DNA of 64,000 nucleotides from Eledone cirrhosa (Eukaryota). Position numbers and translations under genes: made by a program. The stretch is taken from NCBI GenBank assembly GCA_964016885.1, contig OZ024759.1, positions 21,762,001 to 21,826,000 of the forward strand. The letters run 5' to 3'. Positions 45,904-60,276 of this stretch are shown piece after piece (the stretch's first letter is position 1; each line of letters starts with the position of its first letter). Below the pieces are notes generated by a model. It was not told where the DNA came from. It did no database searches and was given only the letters and a program-made list of their open reading frames with translations.

Positions 45904-46497
45904 GGTATAATAATAACTTAATGGGTTATCTACTAAAAGCCGCAGTATTTTCTACATAAATTCCTAAAGTATTCTCCTAATACGTGGCATTAAATCTATG
46001 ACACGGTTAATGTCTGTCAGTTCCTAACAACTAGTTTGGTTTATAAGTAATGTTTCCTGGAAACCAATCAAGCAAGTGTTCAATAGTGATACCCTTTGAG
46101 TAGAAATTGATGATCGAAAAGTAGAATGTTGATCGATTGAAAAATATTTTTTATATATATATATATATATATATACTTAAAGAAGAAAAAAAAAATAAGC
46201 AGAAAGAGAACTACTTATCTATAGGAAAGTTAATGGAAAGGACCTAAGTCGGTTTTGACGATGGTTCTCCCAGTTGTTGAATCAACTGAACAGTCAACTC
46301 GAAATTAATGTGTACGGGGGTTTCTGGTTCTAACTTCTGATGAAGGCCTAATGTCCGAAATGTTAAGACTCTTTTACTACTATATGAAGCATTACTCTAA
46401 TATATTTCTTCATTGTACTGTGTCGTTTGCTTTGTTGTTTCTGCATACACACACACACACACACACGCACACATACACACATATATGTATATATATA

Positions 46498-46612
46498 TAG
46501 TTCAAGGAAACAACAAACAGAGGTACAAAAAGTCTTATTAGTTTCACGCTTTACATGGGAAGGGGAAACGAAAGTTCGACGTGTCGGGCTTTAACCCTTC
46601 TTCAGGATCGCA
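46498..46612 (-). mobile_element. Short element with decayed minimal hammerhead (46576-46608)
   Basis: CTGAAGA-A-GGGTT-AA-AGCCC-GACA-CG-TC (GAAA changed to GACA); terminal ~55 bp shared with 59270-59323. Confidence 0.6.
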
Positions 46613-46699
46613 AAGGGCGTCTGTCGCTATATAATAATTTCTATCCTTTTAAACAATGATATTCCACATGAAAAATGGAGGATTACGATATGTCTATAT

Positions 46700-46880
46700 T
46701 TGGCAGTATCGCTAGAGGGTCTGATGCCATGCTTTTCCGCATAGAGTTACGACCCTTTAGGGTCTGAGTTCAAATCCCGCCGAGGTTAACATTGTCTTTC
46801 ATCCTTACGGGTCGATAAAATAAAGTACCAGTAATGCACTGGAGTAAATGTTGGCCTTGTGCCAAAAGTAGAAACAATTA
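46700..46880 (+). mobile_element. Main tRNA SINE, short variant
   Basis: Family motifs. Confidence 0.9.
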
Positions 46881-47701
46881 TTAGGAGTCGATTATATTAA
46901 AACAATTATTTTAATTATCCCGAGGTGTTACTGGCTTCTAACAACTTTTTCGCTTTGAACCCGCACGAGACTTCGGGTGACACAATATTAGAGTTAAGAA
47001 AAGAAAGAAAGAAAAGAAAAAATTAGAAAAGAAAAGAAATATTTCTTTCGGATCAACACTAAAAAGCTAAGAAAATACTTGTAACATCAAACAAAAATTG
47101 GAAGAAATTTAATATAATATGACAAAATTAGGAACGTGTTTTCATAAAAGGAATCGTACTTTTGAAGCTAAAGAATATGTTAGTGAAGAAATAGTTTGTA
47201 ATAAAGAGTGAATCTAACAGTAATAAAATTACTGTCTCTCTCGAACATTACTTTTAAACGTTTCAAAGACAAAACTGAAAAAGAATTATATACATAAATA
47301 CAAAGGTAAATGTCAAAATGATTGCTTGTGAATGGAAAGTAAAACAGTGTAAAGGGCAACCTTACAATTTTGTAAGCGATTGAAATAAATTAGTTGTACT
47401 GCAGAAGATTTTTACTCCATGTATATTATATAATATCAAATATCATATATATTGTATTATACTATATTATACTACATCATATTATACATGGTGACGATAA
47501 AAAACACTCCTTAACACTTCTTATAATATCAAAACTTAAATGAATATTCTTTCAATATTGGTGTCTTCAGTTGCATAAACTAACAAAGTTTCATTCCTTA
47601 TTTATGGAATTGACTCGATCCGCTAGATGGCAGTGTAATTCACACACACATTTATATATATATATATATATAATGTATACATATATACATTATATATATA
47701 T

Positions 47702-47822
47702 AGGCAAAGTTAACCTCAAATCCCGCCAAGGTTAACTTTGCCTTTCATCCATACGGGGTCGATAAAATAAAGTACCAGTAATGCACTGGTAATATGCTGG
47801 CCTTGTGCCTAACGTAGAAACA

Positions 47823-47826
<4 letters not shown>
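47702..47826 (+). mobile_element. 5'-truncated SINE with inverted 15 bp fold-back at the truncation
   Basis: AGGCAAAGTTAACCT...AGGTTAACTTTGCCT. Confidence 0.85.
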
Positions 47827-47864
<38 letters not shown>

Positions 47865-48394
47865 GGTGTGTAACCTTTCTGTATTTATCGTTGTTGTGGT
47901 ATATGTATGGCCAATACCTTCGGTCACTGGAAAGCCGGATATTCCCATCTCCTCAGACAACTTATGGAAATCAGTACATATATATATATATAACACAAAC
48001 ATGGCTGACATAATATATTTTAATGAAACCTACCACTTCCACCTACGCCATTAATTAACATAATCGAATTTGTTCTTATCATCGATCTTGGCGTTCATAA
48101 CTACTGATTAACCGATTTAATGAATTCATTCTCATTTAAAATACAGGTTTGTCTTTAGGCGGTGGCATGGTGGCCCAGTGGTGTGATGGATAATGAAGGT
48201 AAGGGGGATGATAGAACAGGGCTTTAGAAATTGTTCTCTAGAAAATCCTAAGATGTTCAGTCATGAAATTCACGAATATAACATGAAATTCATGCGCCAC
48301 GCTGCGTTAACCTGTAAGGCAGAGAGCGACCCAGCGAGAGAGAGAGAGAGAGGAGGGAGTGAGATGAGAGAGAGAAGAGGGACAGAGACAGAGT

Positions 48395-48440
<46 letters not shown>

Positions 48441-48529
48441 AGGAGAGAGGGAGAGAGATAGTGAGAGAGAGAGTGGAGGGAGAGAGTGTGAGAGAGACAG
48501 ACAGAGAGTGGGTGAGAGAGAAGAGAGAC

Positions 48530-48578
<49 letters not shown>

Positions 48579-48741
48579 AGAAAGTGAGGAGAATAAGACT
48601 AATAGATGTACATCGTAGTACAAGAATCTTCAGTATTTTATTTGAAATAGAAATAATAAAAATGAGATAAATAAATAAAATAAATAAAAAACGAAACATG
48701 TAAATCAATGGCGAAATAATTAGTGAAAGAAATATCACACG

Positions 48742-48772
<31 letters not shown>

Positions 48773-49066
48773 CTTCTTCTTCTTCTTCTACCTTCATCCA
48801 ACCATTCGAGGCCGCCATTGTTGTGTGATAGACTCCTCTCACTCCTCGCCAGGAGCAGTAACATATTTTTGGTAGTTAGAAAGAAAACCTATCCCACCCC
48901 CACCACCAGCATCATCACCCCACCACCATCATCACCCCCAATACTACCACCACCACCACCACCACCACCATCATCATCATCTTTATTGTTATATTATTAA
49001 TATTATCATGTTAGAGTAAGCGGCTAAGATATCTTGTGTGTAGGAGTAAAAATATAATACACACCT

Positions 49067-49162
<96 letters not shown>

Positions 49163-49401
49163 ATGTATATACATGTGTGTATATATATATACATATATAT
49201 ATATATGTATATATATATGCATACACACACATATATATATATATATGTGTGTGTGTGTGTCCAATATTTTTACACGCTGCCCAATTATTTGGAGTGCATC
49301 CATTATTAGATTACACAAGAGAGATACATTGTTTGATAACATAACTGTTTAATTAGCTTTGTCACCCAATGAACGCTATTCCTGCCTAATATTGAACCGT
49401 G

Positions 49402-49501
<100 letters not shown>

Positions 49502-49865
49502 GATAGATGTGTTTGTGTGTAGATATATATTATCTATTTTCTATATATATTCAGTAGGCTCTGTACTGTATTATCGCCTGTGGACAATATTGTGAACCTT
49601 ACCCCATTAAAATACAACCCTTACACATTTCTACAATCAATAACCCCCTCTTTCTCTCTGTCTCGCTCAGTGTATATACAGAGAGAGAGAGAGATAGAGA
49701 GAGAGAGAAAAAGAAAAGGAGAGAGAGAGAGAGAGAGCGAAAGAAAGAAAGAGAGAGATAGTTGGATAGATAGCTATATAGATATGTTTCTTTATTAGCC
49801 ACAAGGGCACAAAAGAAGGGGACAAATACAAAGGGAGAAGTTTACATACAATAAAAGATAAATAG

Positions 49866-49927
<62 letters not shown>

Positions 49928-50078
49928 GAATTCTATCTCCGTACGCTAACCGCATGACATAGGAACATTGAGGAAAATTTGCTATTCCAATAAGAGAAAG
50001 CACAGCAACTGCAGTAAAACATTTCAAGACAGCAGGCCTTCCACAGATAAAAATATCTCGCAATTATATCAAAGATAA

Positions 50079-50473
50079 GGGCGGTGGATTGGCAGTAACG
50101 GTAGAGAGTCGGACGCCATGCTTTCCAGTATAGTTACGTCCCTTTACGGTCTGAGTTCAAATCCCGCCGAGGTTAACTTTGCCTTTCATCATTACGGGGT
50201 CGATAAAATAAAGTACCAGTAATGTACTGCGTAATTTCTGGCCTTGTGCCAAAAGTAGAAACAATTATATCAAAGATATATATAAGGGCCTGGGATTGGT
50301 AGTATCAGTAGAAGGTCAGACGCCATGCTTTCCAGTATAGTTACGTCCCTATACGGTCTGAGTTCAAACCCGCCGAGGTTAACTTTGCCTTTCGTCCTTA
50401 CGTGGTAGATAAAATAAAGTACCAGTAATGCACTGGGTAATTGCTGGCCTTGTGCCAAAAGTAGAAACAATTA
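50079..50473 (+). mobile_element. Tandem pair of full-length short-variant SINEs
   Basis: A box TGGCAGTAACGG, B box GAGTTCAAATCC; CAATTATATCAAAGATA occurs three times as flank. Confidence 0.92.
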
Positions 50474-50526
50474 TATCAAAGATACTCACACTCATACATA
50501 CACATTCGTATATTCACACACACACT

Positions 50527-50575
<49 letters not shown>

Positions 50576-51008
50576 TCTCTCTCATTGACGTTCTCACGTT
50601 CACTCTCTCTTTCTCTCTGACACACATAGACGCACCACTCTCATTTGCGCTCTCGCACGCACTCTCTCACAAACACATACACACGCACACACTCTATCTC
50701 TCTCTCTCACCCTCACGCACAGTAACAATAACTATAACAATGTGTGGTGGGCGTTAGCTATGCTCATGCCAGTCAGATTAGGAGGGCATGGCTGGAGCGC
50801 TGCTCATGATTTACTGTAATGGGGGTGGGGGTGGAAGAGGGTGTCGGTCCATCCCCATCACCATTACAACCATAACAACAACAACAATGGGTGGGCATTA
50901 GCTTTAGTCGTGCCAGTCAGTGTAGGAGGGCATGGTTGGAGTGCCGCTGTGCCAACTGAGTTCACAATAAGCCATTTGTTATTCTATATACAAGTGACTT
51001 ACATTAGC

Positions 51009-51034
51009 GTTGCTATGGAAACACGGCGCCAAAA
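51009..51034. promoter_or_regulatory. RFX X-box-like motif next to an E2F-like motif, just upstream of a minus-strand splice donor
   Basis: GTTGCTATGGAAAC (51009-51022), GGCGCCAAAA (51025-51034), GTAAGT donor at 51002-50997. Confidence 0.45.
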
Positions 51035-51344
51035 GCCAACAACAGAACTGTATTTGTTTCTGTTATCTAGATGGTGGTGGTATTGGTATAGTGGTGGTGG
51101 GGGTGGCGTTGGTGTGGTGAATGAGTTGTTGGTGCTGGTGGTGCTGGCTCTCTCACACTCACTATCTATCTATCTCTTTCTCTCCCCACAGTTGCTAGTA
51201 TCTTGCAACATGACACCGGGGCCTATGAGAGGGGGTAATTTGTTCCGGGGCCCAAGAGCTAAGAAGGCCCCACAGCAACTACCTGCTTCAGGCCCCAAAG
51301 GGGTCTCGTACCGCCTTGTAAAATCTCTTTTGGAGGCCCTGCAT

Positions 51345-51480
51345 GACTTCATACCATATCTCCTTTTTTTCTCGACAATTTCTTGTAGATTGGTCATTGT
51401 GTGACCACTGAATCTTACTACGTAGCCATATCCTCTCAGCTTTGTTTTCTTCACTGTCGTTAGATGCTTTATAGAGCCCA
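51345..51480 (-). mobile_element. RTE LINE C-terminal fragment
   Basis: LTTVKKTKLRGYGYVVRFSGHTMTNLQEIVEKKRR. Confidence 0.65.
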
Positions 51481-51554
51481 GTGTGATGTTGTAAAGTATT
51501 GTAGTAACAGGCTGCAATGATCCAGTTGTATTGTAGCAACAGAGAGTCACAAAT

Positions 51555-51830
51555 GGAGAACTCTATCTGGATAGTCCTCCCATGTCGGATATTGTTCATC
51601 TAAGAAGGATAAGTTTTGCGGAACATTGTTACAGGCCAAAAAACGAATGCGCCAGCCATGTTATTTTATGGAAATCTGCGCACAGTCATAGAAGTAGAGG
51701 TCATCCTGCAACAACTATGTGCTGACATGGGAGGAAATTTAACGGATCTTGGAGTGATAATGCTAGATCGAGACAAATGGAAAGAGTACTGTTCATTAGA
51801 TCGAGGAAACTCGATTCATGAGTGAGTGAT
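51555..51830 (+). mobile_element. LINE (RTE-like) 3' end with (GAGT)n tail
   Basis: RRISFAEHCYR...VILW...LTDLGVIMLDRDKWKE. Confidence 0.7.
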
Positions 51831-51881
51831 TGTAGCAACAGTCTACAATAATCCAGTTGTATTGTAGTAATGGGCTACAAT

Positions 51882-52034
51882 CAGTGATGGATTGGCCCTG
51901 TGATAGTTAAGTTATGAGGCCCCATACTTGGGCCCTGAAGGAGGTAAACATTTTGGGGGGCAAGAAAATACTCCCACTGGCCAACGGGGCTCTGTGCTTA
52001 AGCACTCCTAAGAACAATGGCAAATCCAGCACTG
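51882..52034. mobile_element. hAT-type MITE
   Basis: TIRs CAGTGATGGATT / AATCCAGCACTG; perfect 8 bp TSD GCTACAAT. Confidence 0.85.
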
Positions 52035-52269
52035 GCTACAATAGTCCAGTCGTATTGTCGTAACTGGTTAATCTACTGCTTCAGTTAAACGTCTTGATTT
52101 CAGTCAGAAGACAACGACTAATTAAGCGCTTCACATGATTTCAGTGAGAAGACAATGACTACCTCAACGCTTCACATGATTTCAAGGCAACGACTACTTC
52201 AGCGCTTTACATTGTTCTCGTGTGTGGTAAAGAAGATGACTTGCAAGAAAGAAATATAAGCAAGGTTAA

Positions 52270-52356
52270 ACGTTTGTGATATTGTGATTTCTGTTGTTTA
52301 GCAACGAAAATATCTACAATATTTGTTACATCTACCACGTTAGAAAGAGAGAGAGA

Positions 52357-52453
<97 letters not shown>

Positions 52454-53900
52454 CTTTGGACATTTGTGATAATATTTAAGGTTTCTGTTATTTAACAACG
52501 ATAGATCGATAAATGCAGTATTTGTTAAATCTATCACAATATAAAGGGCAACAAAATGTTTCTTTAACCCTTTAGCATTTAAACCGACCGTATCTGGCCA
52601 GAATTCTCTCACCTCTTTCTGTTCAAACCGGCTGTAACCGGCCGCTCATACTGATGTTAAGGTATTGTTCTCAAAATAAATAATATCAAATTCTCATAGA
52701 TTCGATGTTATGTGAGATAATTATGTGAGGAAAAGCATTTACCACCAAAATACAATAGTAAATATAGTGTAATGTAAATGCTAAAGGGTTAAATATTTGT
52801 AATATTGTGAATTCTGCTATTTATCAACGATAGATGTACAATGTTTGTACATTTATCACGTTAGAGGGAGCTACAAGCAGGAGCTTTAAACATTAGTGAA
52901 CATATCTCTGTTATTTACCAACGATAGAGAGGGCAACAAGAAAGGGGCTTTAAATGTTTGAAATATTGTGAATTCTGTTATTTAACAACGATGGATGTAT
53001 AGATGTAAAGTGTGTTACCTCTCTCACGATATATGAAGAGTCCTACGAGAAAGGACTTTAGACGTCTATAATATTGTGAATTCTGTTGTTTAGCAACGGT
53101 AGATCTACAGTATTTGTTATAGCTATGACGATATAGAAAACAACATGAAGATGCTTTAACTATTAGTGATATTATGAATTCTGATAGATCAATAGATGTA
53201 CAGCATTTGTTGCATCTCTCACGATATAGAGAAGCCACAAGATATTTGCAATAGTATATATGCTATTTAGCAACGATAGCTGTACAATGTTACATTTATC
53301 ATGTCAGAGAGAACAACATGAAGGTGCTTTAAATATTTCTAGTAATATTTGATATTTCTGTTATTTAATAAGGATATATCAATAGATGTACAGTATTTGT
53401 TGCATCTCTCACGATATAGAAGGAACCACAATATTTATGTTATTTAGCAACGATAGTTGTACAATGTTAGTTACATTTATCACGATAGAGAGAACAACAT
53501 GAAAGTGCTTTAAATATTTGGTATTTCTGTTATTTAACAATGATATATGGGTAGATGTAGTGTTAGTTACATCTATCACGATATAGAGGGAGCCACAATA
53601 CAATTCTTTAAATATTTCTGATAATATTTCTGTTATTTGATAACGATAGCTCTACAATGTTACATCTCTCACGATATAGAGAGAGCCACAAGAAAGTTCT
53701 TTAAATATTTCTGGTAATATTTCTGTTATTTAACAACGATAGATGTTGTGTTAGTTACATCTCTCACGCTATAGAAAGAGCCACTAGAAAGTTCTTTAAA
53801 TATTTCTGATAATATTTCTGTTATTTAACAACGGTAGCTGTACAATATTTGTTACATTTATCACAATATATATATATAGAGAGAGAAAGAGTCACAAGAA
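52270..53900. repeat. Degenerate ~90-105 bp minisatellite, more than 12 units
   Basis: TTCTGTTATTTAACAACGATAGATGTACA...ACATCTATCACGATATAGA...CTTTAAATATTT units. Confidence 0.9.
52568..52788. mobile_element. piggyBac-type MITE
   Basis: TTAA-CCCTTTAGCATTTA...TAAATGCTAAAGGG-TTAA. Confidence 0.85.
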
Positions 53901-54149
53901 AATTATCCATTAGGAACCTATCCAAAAGTATATTTCATCTCAACTTCCGATCAACATTAAGATGTAACATTAAAATATCAACGTCGTGATGCAACATTGG
54001 AACAACTTCATTAATTTATCATAATTCCTCAATAAATTATTTCCAAATATTTTCGTTCAGATTCAATCAGTAGAACTTCAACATTGGCTGCGATATATCA
54101 GTAATGGATAATGGTATCGATTACAAGACACAATTCTTACATTGACAAT

Positions 54150-54368
54150 AATGGTTTCTTATATAGGCACAATGCTAGTAATTTGGTGGGAGGAGAAAGT
54201 CGATTAAATCGACCCCAGTACGTTACTGGTGCTTTATATTATCGACCCCGTAAGGATGAAAGGCAAAGTTAACCTCGGCGGAATTTGAACTCAGACCGTA
54301 AAGGGCCGTAACTCTATGCTGCAAAGCATGGTGTCCGACTCTCTACCGATACTGCCAATCCACTGCCC
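54150..54368 (-). mobile_element. Full-length main tRNA SINE with TSD
   Basis: Flanked by CTTACATTGACAATAAT on both sides. Confidence 0.92.
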
Positions 54369-54685
54369 TTACATTGACAATAATAAAAGAAAATATTCTA
54401 TGGTCCAACACCACGACTAACACCATGAACACCATCACCACCACCAACAACAAAAACAATACCATCAACACCAAAATGTTCATTACCAAGAGCCCTCTTA
54501 TTTACATGAATTTTCCCATGGAGCCCCTTGTAAAACCATCCCTTTGGTTGTTATATTGAGGTAGTAACACTCAAATGGGAGAACATTTAATACTGAGAGC
54601 ATAAACTAACACACTACTTGAAATTTTGAACTTTGCTGACGAACTACCAGAAGAATGGTTGACCAATGTGTGTATATATAATACA

Positions 54686-54771
54686 CAGGGTATCCCAAAA
54701 AATGTATACAAGTATACACCATTCTATATACAGGTAATCAAATTGTGTATATATTTTGGGGAGACACCCTG
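54686..54771. mobile_element. Tc1/mariner-type MITE
   Basis: CAGGGTATCCC...GGAGACACCCTG; same family as 3118-3214. Confidence 0.7.
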
Positions 54772-54772
54772 T

Positions 54773-55132
54773 ATTTATAATGGATGCCTAATAATGTGTG
54801 AATATGATATATTCATAATGGGTGCTTAACAGTGTGTGTATATATTATGTTTATAAATGATACTTAATAATGTGTGTATATGTTATATATTTATAATGGT
54901 TGCCTAATAAAGTGTGTATATATATATATTTATAATGGGTGCCCAACAGTGTGTGTATATAATATATTATGTGTGTATATGATATATTTATAATGGGTGC
55001 CCAATAATGTGTGTATATAATATATTTTAATGGATGCCCAATAATGTGTGTATATAATATATTTTTAATGGATGCCCAATAATGTGTGTATATAATATAT
55101 TTATAATGGATGCCCAATAATGTGTATATATT
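54773..55132. repeat. ~37-40 bp minisatellite, ~9 copies
   Basis: ATATTTATAATGGATGCCCAATAATGTGTGTATATA units. Confidence 0.92.
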
Positions 55133-56405
55133 ATGTTTGAAGCGGTAAATTGTCGTTAGAATGTTAGATAGAATGCTTTTCGTTCTGGCTTTCTGCTCTC
55201 TGAGTTCAAATGCCACTGAAGTCAACTTTGCCTTTTATTCATTCGAGGTTGATAAAAAAGTACCAGTGAAGGAGTTGATTCTTCCTCTATATCCCTTTCT
55301 CACTTCCATTCTCTCACTCTCTATGCTATATCTTTCTCTGGAAGAAATCTGCTGTATTCAAACCTGGAGAGGAGAAGGTACAGCCAGGTTTTTAAAAAAT
55401 TGCCCTAGAAATCCCGTATGTCAATATGGCGCCCCTAAGACTCTCTCGGGAGTTATGGGATTATATCATACCAAATAACAAAAGCACTAAAAAGTTTGAA
55501 CTTAGCTCACGGACCCCCTGGGAATCTCTGCTCTATATATTCATCATTTAAGTCCTCATAATATACTAACCACTCCTATTGCTACCTACAGTGTATCTCT
55601 CCACTCTCTCTCTCTCTGACCTCCTTGTTTCCACTTCTCGTGCTGTGTATTTCTTTCTCCAGCCACGAATCTACTATAGATATCATAAACCAGCCTCTAC
55701 TTACATAACCAAGACTCTGCTGTTATCATGTTTTCTTTTCTTAATCTAAGACGATCTAAAAATACTGATCTCTGCTTCTTCAGAGATGAATATGTTAAAA
55801 AACAAATTTTAAACCGTTGTAATTACTTTCATCTTTTCGATGGACTGTTGTGCTTAATTTATTTTATTTCCCACCAGCTTTTGTCTGGATATATTTCGCT
55901 GTATTAAGATTTCATTAGCTTACACACAGATAAATACAGTAAAATAAACATAAAAACAAACAAATATACAAAAAAAGGCAAGGAAATGTAGTCGACCCCC
56001 AACATATACTTTATATGTGAAGAAAAAAAACTGAAAACTGTGATTAATTTTGTCTTACTGGTGAGTCAGGGTGATAAGATATATCTGTATTTTAGAAATC
56101 CTCTGAGAGAAAGAGAGACGCAGAGAGATAGGAGGAGAATGAGAGAGGGGGGGGGGTGAAGAAGGAGAGTGGAAGAGCGAGAGAGGGTGAAAGATAGGTG
56201 GAGAGGGAGAAAAAAAGAGAGATAGAAACAGAAGGGTGGAAGATGGAGAGAACGAGAGAAGGAGAACGAGAGAGAAAGAAGGGCGAGACATTTTGGCCAA
56301 AAGAACAAAAACTGTGTGGAACTAGAAGTAAGCCAGCTTATCACTTCTTAATGAAATCGGTGTACTTTTGACGATAACGCCAATATTTTTTCGACATACA
56401 CGCAA

Positions 56406-56476
<71 letters not shown>

Positions 56477-56838
56477 CATACACGTGTGTGTGTATATATA
56501 TGCAGAGATATAAAATAGATTTGTATATAATACACACACCCGTACATATATATATATATCCTATACGCCGCATAATAAAAAGATGTGTTTCTAACTAGAT
56601 ATCTCGATATCCAGTTGATGTTGAATTTCTTTTGTTAGCATGGCAGAAGATATTCTTTATTATCTACTAAACAACAGCAACAACAACACGATACACAGAG
56701 GAATCTATTGAGAGTTCTTCCTCTGCCAGATTCTCTGAATCAGTTTACTTACGAGATATGACATAGCTCTCATATAGAATTGCCTCGATTTGCTCGTTTG
56801 TATTACTGCTATTCATTACACAAATGTCAATACGCCAG

Positions 56839-56883
<45 letters not shown>

Positions 56884-57204
56884 TGTGTGTACATTGTAGC
56901 CAGATTGTCCGTCCATATATTATGCAATCAATCGTACGTGGACAAAAGAAGAGATAACTGGTTTGAGGATCCCCCCCCAAAAAACAATCAGCTATGGAAC
57001 GACAAGATATAATAATGGTAGGTAAGGGGAGAAGACGCTGGGAGAGAGGGGGGAGAGAGATAGCTAGAGATAGATAAATACATAGATAGATAGAGATAAA
57101 GAGAGATAGAATGTGTGTGTGTGTGTGTAGGGTGGGTGTATGTGTGTGTATGTGGATACATATATATATATATATATTGAAAGAGAGAGAGAGGAGAGAG
57201 AGAG

Positions 57205-57241
<37 letters not shown>

Positions 57242-57327
57242 AAAGAGAGAGAGGGGGTGTACAATGAATCGTGGTCGTCAATGCGGCAATAAATCTTTGT
57301 GTGACGTGCTATTGAAAATGAACATAG

Positions 57328-57369
<42 letters not shown>

Positions 57370-58822
57370 ATATATATCATGGTATTTGTATCTATGTATC
57401 TATATACCATAAATTCGTTTGATTACTGATGTTTGGTTTAGTGAAATATATATATATTTATATATATATCAGGATAGAACCAGTCCTATCTAGCTAGACC
57501 ATTACTCAACATAAATACCTAGATACAACCGACATTTGCTTCATTGATGTACGTTTCTATGGCATATCATTCATATATATAAGTTTAGTAGAAATATCCA
57601 AGTGAAAGAGCACTCTGTCAATAGGACAAGTTAAGTATAATTAGTTACAACAGTGACTTTTACAGGTAGTTATGTTTCATTGCGTTATACACCCCAACTC
57701 GTTCAGTCTGTTATATAAACAAAGGTGGCTACTTACCCCTACAAAGGTTTTTAGAAGTTTTTAAAAAATACAGAAGAGGTCACTAAGGGGAGGTAATTTC
57801 GAATTTAGTTATAAATAAACAAATCCTTTAAATAATGTAGCGCGAAGTAACTATTAAAATGGGGGGAGAGGGCAACTTATATTGAAGACATTGATCTCGG
57901 AAGGGAGCCACGTTGGAAACAGCCACTCCACCTCGCAGGTCTCGTACCCATCGGTAGCTAACTGTACTCCGATAGCAGTAAGCAAGGATGACTGAAAGTC
58001 TCAACATCTACAGGCTCAAAGATAAACCTATCAGAGATTGCTATGTATGTTAAAATGGGGGAGGACTTCTTATGTGATAAGAATCCAAAACTGCAAACTG
58101 TAACACTGACAGTGCGTTTTGTCATTGCTGTCAACGTCAGCCGTATATAATTAGCTGAAATTCTTTCATAAAAGTTTAAAATATCTTTTTACGTTTTATC
58201 AATGCTGCCATTCTTCTGCATGTTGCAATGGCGTTGGATGGTATCTGTTTTATAGTAGAGAGTGCTGGAGTAGCAGGGGTAGTCGGGGTAGCCGGGATAG
58301 CCGGGTTAGATTGAGTAGCTACCCAAGTTAAACTCACACACATACATACATAAACACACACACACATAAAAGCACACACATAACTTAACATAAACTTTCA
58401 TACACATACATACAAACACACACACACACACACATACACATAAACACTTATACACACACATTATCACAATCACACACAAACATAAACATACACACATACT
58501 CACATAACGCTACCCACACACATATACACACATGCCATATGGTGGATGTTGAGAAACCAAAATAGTGAGTAGATTTAAGTTTTTCAGGAATCAGATGTTT
58601 GGGTATTTCGTTTACGGAAATAGAACAACTTGTGTATTAACATGTGGTGATAGAAAGGTCTGACAAACTCAGAGCACATGCTGGTAAAACAACGAATGTT
58701 ATTTAGAGCAGGAAATAAAATGTAGACATATCTATTGATGTATTTATATATCTCTCTCTCTATATATATGATTTTCTTTTTAATAAAAGAAAAAACGAGA
58801 TGTCCTACACATCTAATTGGAG

Positions 58823-58882
58823 ACAAACCACAAACCCTCCATCTCAATTTTACTTTTGAAAAGCATAAGAACTGTGAAACCG
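58823..58882 (+). CDS. Candidate exon [20 protein letters not shown], inverted paralogue of 7880-7942
   Basis: Same phase 1-1, GT donor retained, homology continues ~65 bp into the intron. Confidence 0.4.
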
Positions 58883-58952
58883 GTAATGGAAATAAATAAA
58901 TATTCTTAAAAATAATCCAGTTACATTTTCGATTTCTTTTCCTTATATACAT

Positions 58953-59265
<313 letters not shown>

Positions 59266-59318
59266 TATAAAGAGTGAAACTAATAAGACATTTTGTATCT
59301 CTGTTTGTTGTTTCCTTG

Positions 59319-59354
<36 letters not shown>

Positions 59355-59789
59355 GTGCGTGTGTGAGTGTGTGTAAATAAGACCGTCGTTGCTTCAATAA
59401 GCCCGGACGCAGCAAACACCCTATATTCATGACCCCCTGCCAAACCGATGAACACTGCTACTTTATTTTATCGACCCCGTTAGGATAAAAGGCAAAGCTA
59501 GTTTGAACGTAAATGGACGTAACTATATATATGATATATATATATATATATATATATCGTTACACTGGGGGGAGGGGGTCATGCTGCCAATAAAAACACA
59601 CGCACCTGTTAGTTTTCACTTCAATTTATTACAAATTTCCGGTTGGTTGGTTTAATAACCGGATGGTTGTTTATTTATTGTCAAAGCTCTTTATATATAG
59701 ATATATATACATACATACATACACACACACACATATATATATGCAATTATATAATATATGTATATATATATATATATGTATGTATATAC

Positions 59790-59881
<92 letters not shown>

Positions 59882-60276
59882 GGATTTTAATGGGTACAGT
59901 TTAGTTAAAAGGAATTTATTGACACGTGTTTCTATAACAGTTACATAACCTGAAAACAGCTGCTATCTACAAAGTATTAGTTATGCAGACATTCAATATT
60001 TCAATGTTATTATCAACTGTCATTTCATCGGAATAATTTTACTGAGGACCTGTTTGGTTTTTATAGATAATATTAGGAGGGAGGGGTGAAGTTGTTAGAA
60101 GAATAGTTGAGGGAGTGGTTTTTTGATAGCAGTGAGAATTTTTGGTGGCAGTGAGTAATTAGATTCCCATCTGTTGTTTTGACATTTTTATAGAATATAT
60201 TATTGGTTATTTTTCTAAATCTATAGAAGGATTAGAGATAGTATAGATATGCGTGGTTGGTTTTATATAAAATAAA

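Noticed and set aside
47910-47960. CTGAGGA...GAAG on the minus strand
   Set aside because: Core and stems too degenerate
50079-50170. tRNA genes
   Set aside because: A/B boxes belong to SINE heads; no cloverleaf seen
58255-58310. 9 bp repeats reading PAIPATPTTPATPA
   Set aside because: No splice or start support; a short tandem repeat explains it
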